DNA of 64,000 nucleotides from the human T2T-CHM13v2.0 reference genome, Homo sapiens, in assembly GCF_009914755.1 (NCBI RefSeq), contig NC_060934.1, one strand, 5' to 3'. The position numbers and the translations under genes are program-made. Of the stretch, positions 58,471-64,000 are shown in pieces (positions within the stretch are counted from its first letter, which is position 1; every line of letters begins with the position of its first letter). Under the pieces are notes generated by a model. That model ran no database searches, was not told where the DNA came from, and was given only the letters and a program-made list of their open reading frames with translations.

Positions 58471-59637
58471 ACTATACCCTATAGCTGCCCAGTTAGTGTT
58501 AACCTACACATATGCATACTATCATGTTCATCAAATTGTCTATATTGAGGAATTTAAAAGAACATTACAGACACTATAATAAGTAGTCAGTGTTATTATT
58601 GGCATCATTGCAGCTTTATTTTTGTTTTGTTGCTGTTGAGCAGAGATATTTAAGGAAAGTTGCATTTTTCTTTTAAGGAGTAAAACACAGCCTTAGTAAA
58701 GAGTACCAGCTTTCTACATATTATTAATATATTCTTTTGAAGAATAGTGAGAAGTAAAATTAAAAGAAGAACAGATTGAGAGGGAGGGAAAAATTAAAAA
58801 ATCATGGACTGTCGAGCCATGTTGTTAACAAAAATCACTTTTAGATTTATTAAACTTGATGGCTAGGATGTTGGTAGAAAAACAGAACAAAGAAAAAATT
58901 TCGTTTGATTTTTTGTTGTTCCTTTTCCTGGTCATGAGTGTAGTTTGGATTAAGTGATAACAAAGGTGAATGGACATTTTTAAGAAAACAACTGAGTTGA
59001 TAATGTCTTCATACATTACAACATCAAAATACATTTCTCACTAATGTATTAAGTTCAACCTTTTGTACTCATAGTGGAAAGGTCTTTGGTACTTTCCATA
59101 GGTGGCCATTGACTTAATTCATAGTGTGATCCAGGTAGTCTTGGGTGGGTTGCATAACTCTTTGCTTTCAATAGTTAGAAGATGAAAAGACATCCATATA
59201 TCACAGTCATTGAGAAGGAAATGGGAAGTTCCTTGGAATTGAGACCTGTAGAGATCGGAGGCCTACAGTATTGAAGGATACAGGCAAGGACGTGAGCCAG
59301 TCAATATTTGCAGGAGTCCTGAAGAATTGAGTTTTCACTGTGAAGGTGACAATAGATCCTAGAGAATAAATATTGACTTCTCAGAAGGCAGGTAAAAAAA
59401 GATTCAAGAAGCAATCTGGGGTAGCTGAACATTTTCCTTTAAAGCTAAGTATTCTTTACTGCTTGTTTTCTCTAAAGGAGAAACAGTCTGCCTCATTGAT
59501 AAATACTCATGTTATACCCTCATAATTCCTTCCACTTCCAGAAGAGCAATACTTTATTGACCTGAAAGTATGGTTGTCTATAACCTTCTGAGTGGGATCA
59601 AACAGCATTGTTTAAATTATCTTCCTAAGTGGATTAT

Positions 59638-59659
59638 TTGTTGTTGTTGTTGTTGTTGC
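59638..59659. repeat. (TTG)n microsatellite
   Basis: ttgttgttgttgttgttgttgc. Confidence 0.85.
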
Positions 59660-59914
59660 TTTATTTCTAAAGTAAAATTTCATAGAGTACTTCTGTTTAT
59701 GAAGCTTATAAGAACAGACTTTTCTGGTTACAGAATAGGGGAACAGCCTCCAGGAGCTCCATCCAGTTGCCCTAAATTCCCTTGCTATTCATTCGCTCTC
59801 ATTCCTCCCCCTGGATTAAGTTCTTCTCTGGAATTTTTGAGTTCAGGTCAGGTAAAATAGTTTGAAGACCACTTTTCTAGTTGAATCCAGGGTTACTCTG
59901 AGTACCTAAGTAAT

Positions 59915-60090
59915 GATAATTCTTTATCAGCTGTATACTATGTACATGCCGCTTGGCTATGTGTAGAATCTCTAACCTTTACAATAGTCCTGCACTTTAG
60001 GGATCGATACTGCAATTGCATAGGTGAGGCAACTGAGTTTTAAGGAGCTTAAGAAACTTCCTTAAGGTCACACACCTGGATTTCTAAACT
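59915..60090 (-). mobile_element. MIR SINE
   Basis: cataggtgaggcaactgag...taagaaacttccttaaggtcacac. Confidence 0.65.
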
Positions 60091-60479
60091 ATATCTCTCT
60101 CCTTGACAGTCACCAGCAAAACATTGAACTACATCATCTCAAATGTTGTTTTTGGCAGTTGATATATGAAAATTGAATTTTAGATCTGCACTGTCATTTA
60201 TCAAGAATTTCTAAGACTCACACCAAATTCATGTGAGGTACTGCTGAACTCTCTGGGGAGCATCACTGAGAAAGGGGGCATAGCCCTACAATTAAGATAT
60301 TTATAATCTAGTTGGAAAGAAAGGAAAGACAGAAAGATTACAAGGAATTCTTGGCAAACTAGATCGAGACAAATAGAAGAATTTGGAAGGAAAGAAAAAT
60401 TATTCTCGACTCTCATGGATGGGTTTAGTGGAGGAGATAGAAACTGACCTGTGCCAAAATTAAAGAGAAGAATAGTTCC

Positions 60480-60700
60480 GAGCATTTGTGTCCAGAAGCA
60501 TATTGCTTGGGTTCTCATCCTTTGCCATTTACTAGCTGTGTGTCCCTGGGAAAACAATTTAATGTTCCTGGGCCTCAGTTCTCTTACCTTCAAAATTGTA
60601 AGGACCCACCTTATGACTGTGGCAAGGATTAAAGAAGGGAATGCCTGTGATGTGCTTAGTGCGGCAACGAACATAATGGAGTCAGTAAACACTTACTGTT
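60480..60700 (+). mobile_element. MIR SINE
   Basis: gccatttactagctgtgtgtccctgggaaaacaatttaatgttcctgggcctcagtt...gtgcttagtgcggc. Confidence 0.8.
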
Positions 60701-63700
60701 CTGTAAAAGTTGTTATTCTCACAGTTGATGCTATGAAAGCAAGAAATAATCTGGAAGGGAGTTCGAACTTTCGTCATTTGCCGAACCTGAGGAACTAAGA
60801 GCACAATTTGAAACCCATAGATACAGAAGTATAAGAAAAAAGGGCCACGATCCAGAGACTGGAGGTCCTGGCAGGATCCCAGACCCTAATTTTTTCATCA
60901 CAGCCCTTACTTGGGGAAGTTGATTCATATGCATGCTTTGAATTAACTTGTACATGAGGCACTGATACCAAAACCAAACTACAGGTAAGGATATAGGGGC
61001 AAAGATTGAATGACACAGGCTGGGCATTGAATTCAATGCTTCTGTTTGGAGGTATGACTTTGGTCTGTGAAGAGGTAAAGGGTATTCATCTGTGTTGTCC
61101 CATAGTCCTGTTGCCATCACTTCTCTCCTGGCCAGATTTCTTAGGACTTCATGACAAGTGTTTGTGTATTTTGAGTCTGTGTGTACACAGACCTGAGGAG
61201 GCGCCAAGTATATCAAGGCTTTGGACAAATTACGAATAGATGGCTATTGAGCATGCCTTTAAAACAGTAACTATTTTAAAAAGTACTATTTCAGACAAAT
61301 GACAAAAGTAGATTGTATCTTAAGATGCAGCCTGGAAATTCAAGACTTGTGGTGTTCAATTTATCTGTCTTCTTTAATTGCCTTAAGGAAGAATCTGAAT
61401 CTATAATCACCACATTCCTTCTGGGTAAAGCTGCTGGTGATGGCCATAATTTTTATAAGAATGCAAAAACTGGCCCCCTTGATGATTCAAACTACTTCTG
61501 GCCAAATCCTTGACCAGATAGATAAAATTGTATTGTATAATTTTATATCCTTAATTTATAGACAAAATCCTTTTATCTAAATTTTGAATTTACCAATTCC
61601 CAGTTTCCCTAAAACTGTAGTGAACCAAGTTCTTGAAATTGCTCATATTCATTGCCTTTTATTGTCGTTTAATACTGTGAGGCAAAAATCTATCAATTTA
61701 AGTGCAATTTGTCTCTGACACACAACCAATAAAAGTTATCCATGAAGCTTAAGCATAACATGAAGCAGAGTGAGATACTGAAAAAAAAAAATGGGATTTT
61801 TACCAATGTGAAATGGCCCAATCTACGTGGAACCCAAAATGTAATACATGAAGTTTTGAGGCTACCAAATTATTAAAATATCAAAAGTAGAATTTCTGAA
61901 ATGCTAAATATCTTCTGAAACTCAAATTTGAGTTGGAAGAGATCTTAGACATAAAAAAATCGACTCCCTTTGTCTATTTGTTTCATGACTAATAAAAACA
62001 GAAATGAGCTCTAGATGTTTTGGGACTCTGTTTAAATACGTCAAGATACCTTAAAAGTCTCAGAAGCAAAAAGAGAGAAAAAGAGAAAATACTAAATGAA
62101 AGATGTAATCTTTTATTTACTCATTATCTGAATCTCCTACCTGTGCTTTCTTTTTTTTTCAATCAGAAAAACTTAGACCATGGACAACAGTAAACAATGA
62201 TAAAAACAGCAGAATATTTTTCTGTATAGACTGTTTTCCTTATAATTATTTGAATGCCTTTTAAAATTTTTCGTAATTTTCTGATCATAAAAGTAATGTG
62301 TTTATAAAATACATACATGTAAAGATTTTAAAAATCACTTATAACCCCACTCCCATAAAAGAATACTTTGACATTTTGGCCTTCATTCTTTCTCTTCCTA
62401 AATATCTGAAAAGGGAAGATCATACCACTTCGCTTTTTAATTATCATGTTCAGTTCTGAATATTAGTTGTTTGTTTATAGTTGGTAGGTGCTTTTGTTTT
62501 TCTTAAGGTTTTATTTTGGGTCAAAGTAGCTGGATTTTGTTTTCATTTTCCCTTTGAGCTTTTCACTTATATGATAATATTAGTGTCCTTTTTCTTCTAC
62601 TCATCTTCCAATTTTTTTCAATTCATTTTTGCTATTAAAAAATTGTTTCTTTTCCACTCTCGATGTGCATATTCTCATTGGTCCATGCAACTTAATAACT
62701 TGAACTAGAATATTTATACTTTGTATTGATGTTTCATGAATACTTTGAATTGGAAGCTGTTATGCATGCCCTTTGTTAACAGGGCTGATTAAATTGGAAT
62801 AGCAAGTAGTGATGAGAGAATTGGTGTCTTTCTAAAGATATGTTCAACAGTAATACATGTGTGGTGGTTGACTTGGCACGCCTTCACAGCATTTGAATTT
62901 TAGGTTTCTCCCGATTTTTGTGATGACAGTCTGGCATTCTGTTTTAGAACTTAGATGTTTCATTCAGTTGAATCACCAGTAGCTTAAAATTTATGGAATA
63001 ATTATGTTGATTGATTTTAATTGCTCAGCAGAGCCATCTCAAAAAAAAAAATTAAATGTTGGCAAGCTTGATTTATTTACAACCGTGTCATTAATGTCTC
63101 TGAGCATTAGTTAAGTAGGCACTAGATTTCTCTTCCAGATGAGATCTTAAGGCATATAAATTCATGGCATTTGGGTGAGCATATTTGCACTGCTTCTCCT
63201 ATAAACTGATTCTCAATTATTATTAATGTTTGAGAAAAATGTGTTAGTCCATGTGGTAAGCTACCCAGGAAAGTTTTCAAATTTTAAGATACATTTCGTA
63301 AACTGACACTCACAGTACAGGTAAGGTGTCTTCTGATATAATCTCTTTGCCAAAGGTGTTCTTATAAAGTAAACCATTTTATAACCATTTAGAATATTCC
63401 TACGCCTTATCTATAAGAAGTGTCCCTCTACTTAAACTCCTCAAGAGTGTAATTTAATCATACTTGACTTATACGTTGGGCTCGTAATTAAAAATTGGAC
63501 CTTACTGTGTTCTCCATACCGTTTTCAGAGTTCTTCAGGAATCATCTTTGGAAGTAGAATGATGGTATTGTAGCTGAGATCACTTCCTTGGCACCTAAAA
63601 AAAAAAAAAGCTTAAAAGGTTGTGTAGGAGACCCATGGCTAACAGCCTTTTGGGTATGACCATGGTGAAGCAGCCGTGAACCTTGACTTTAGTACTGGTA

Positions 63701-64000
63701 TTTAAAACCTTATAAAACACATTTTATTTTTAATAACAGTATTAAGCTCATAGAGAATATTGATAGAAAAGTACTGATAGGGGTTATTGATAATATGGGA
63801 AGATTTGTAATGTTTTTGGCCTTAAAATTTTCTAAATAAATGTGGCCATGAGATGTAATGGACAGTCAAAAAGGGTTAAGGAAAGATTTCAGAAGATACG
63901 TTAAGAAATATAAACATAAAAGCAAATTTAGCTAGGTATATGAGGGACTGGAGAATGGGGGAGGTGGTGGTGGTATGAGTCTAGGAAATACCAAAGCACA

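Noticed and set aside
60201-61239. Cluster of the longest ORFs (163, 115 and 165 aa)
   Set aside because: Two overlap a MIR (VRELRPRNIKLFSQGHTASKW is typical MIR translation). They overlap on both strands and show no recognisable protein family.

Overview
This is AT-rich, CpG-depleted primate genomic DNA, almost certainly human because it contains an AluYa5 copy that looks consensus-identical. The window is nearly all intron. The only supportable coding sequence is a 114-bp + strand exon (50756-50869) encoding (D)[37 protein letters not shown](T). I recognise this as the first cGMP-binding domain (CNB-A) of cGMP-dependent protein kinase I, PRKG1, conventionally exon 3. The ORF track misses it, and every ORF in the track is either a chance ORF or an Alu/L1/MaLR remnant. 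The rest is interspersed repeats (Alu, MIR, L1, L2, MaLR/ERV LTRs, MER/Tigger DNA transposons). The most notable observations are: a strong 5' splice-site motif 3 nt inside the exon; a three-layer nested insertion (old L1MB > 5'-inverted L1PB > two-LTR THE1) with readable TSDs; a very young AluYa5 2.8 kb upstream of the exon; a near-perfect CTCF motif; and an orphan LTR fragment that may be a local copy of a neighbouring LTR. I found no evidence for a new multi-gene system. Repeat subfamily names come from recalled consensus sequences, not from a RepeatMasker run.
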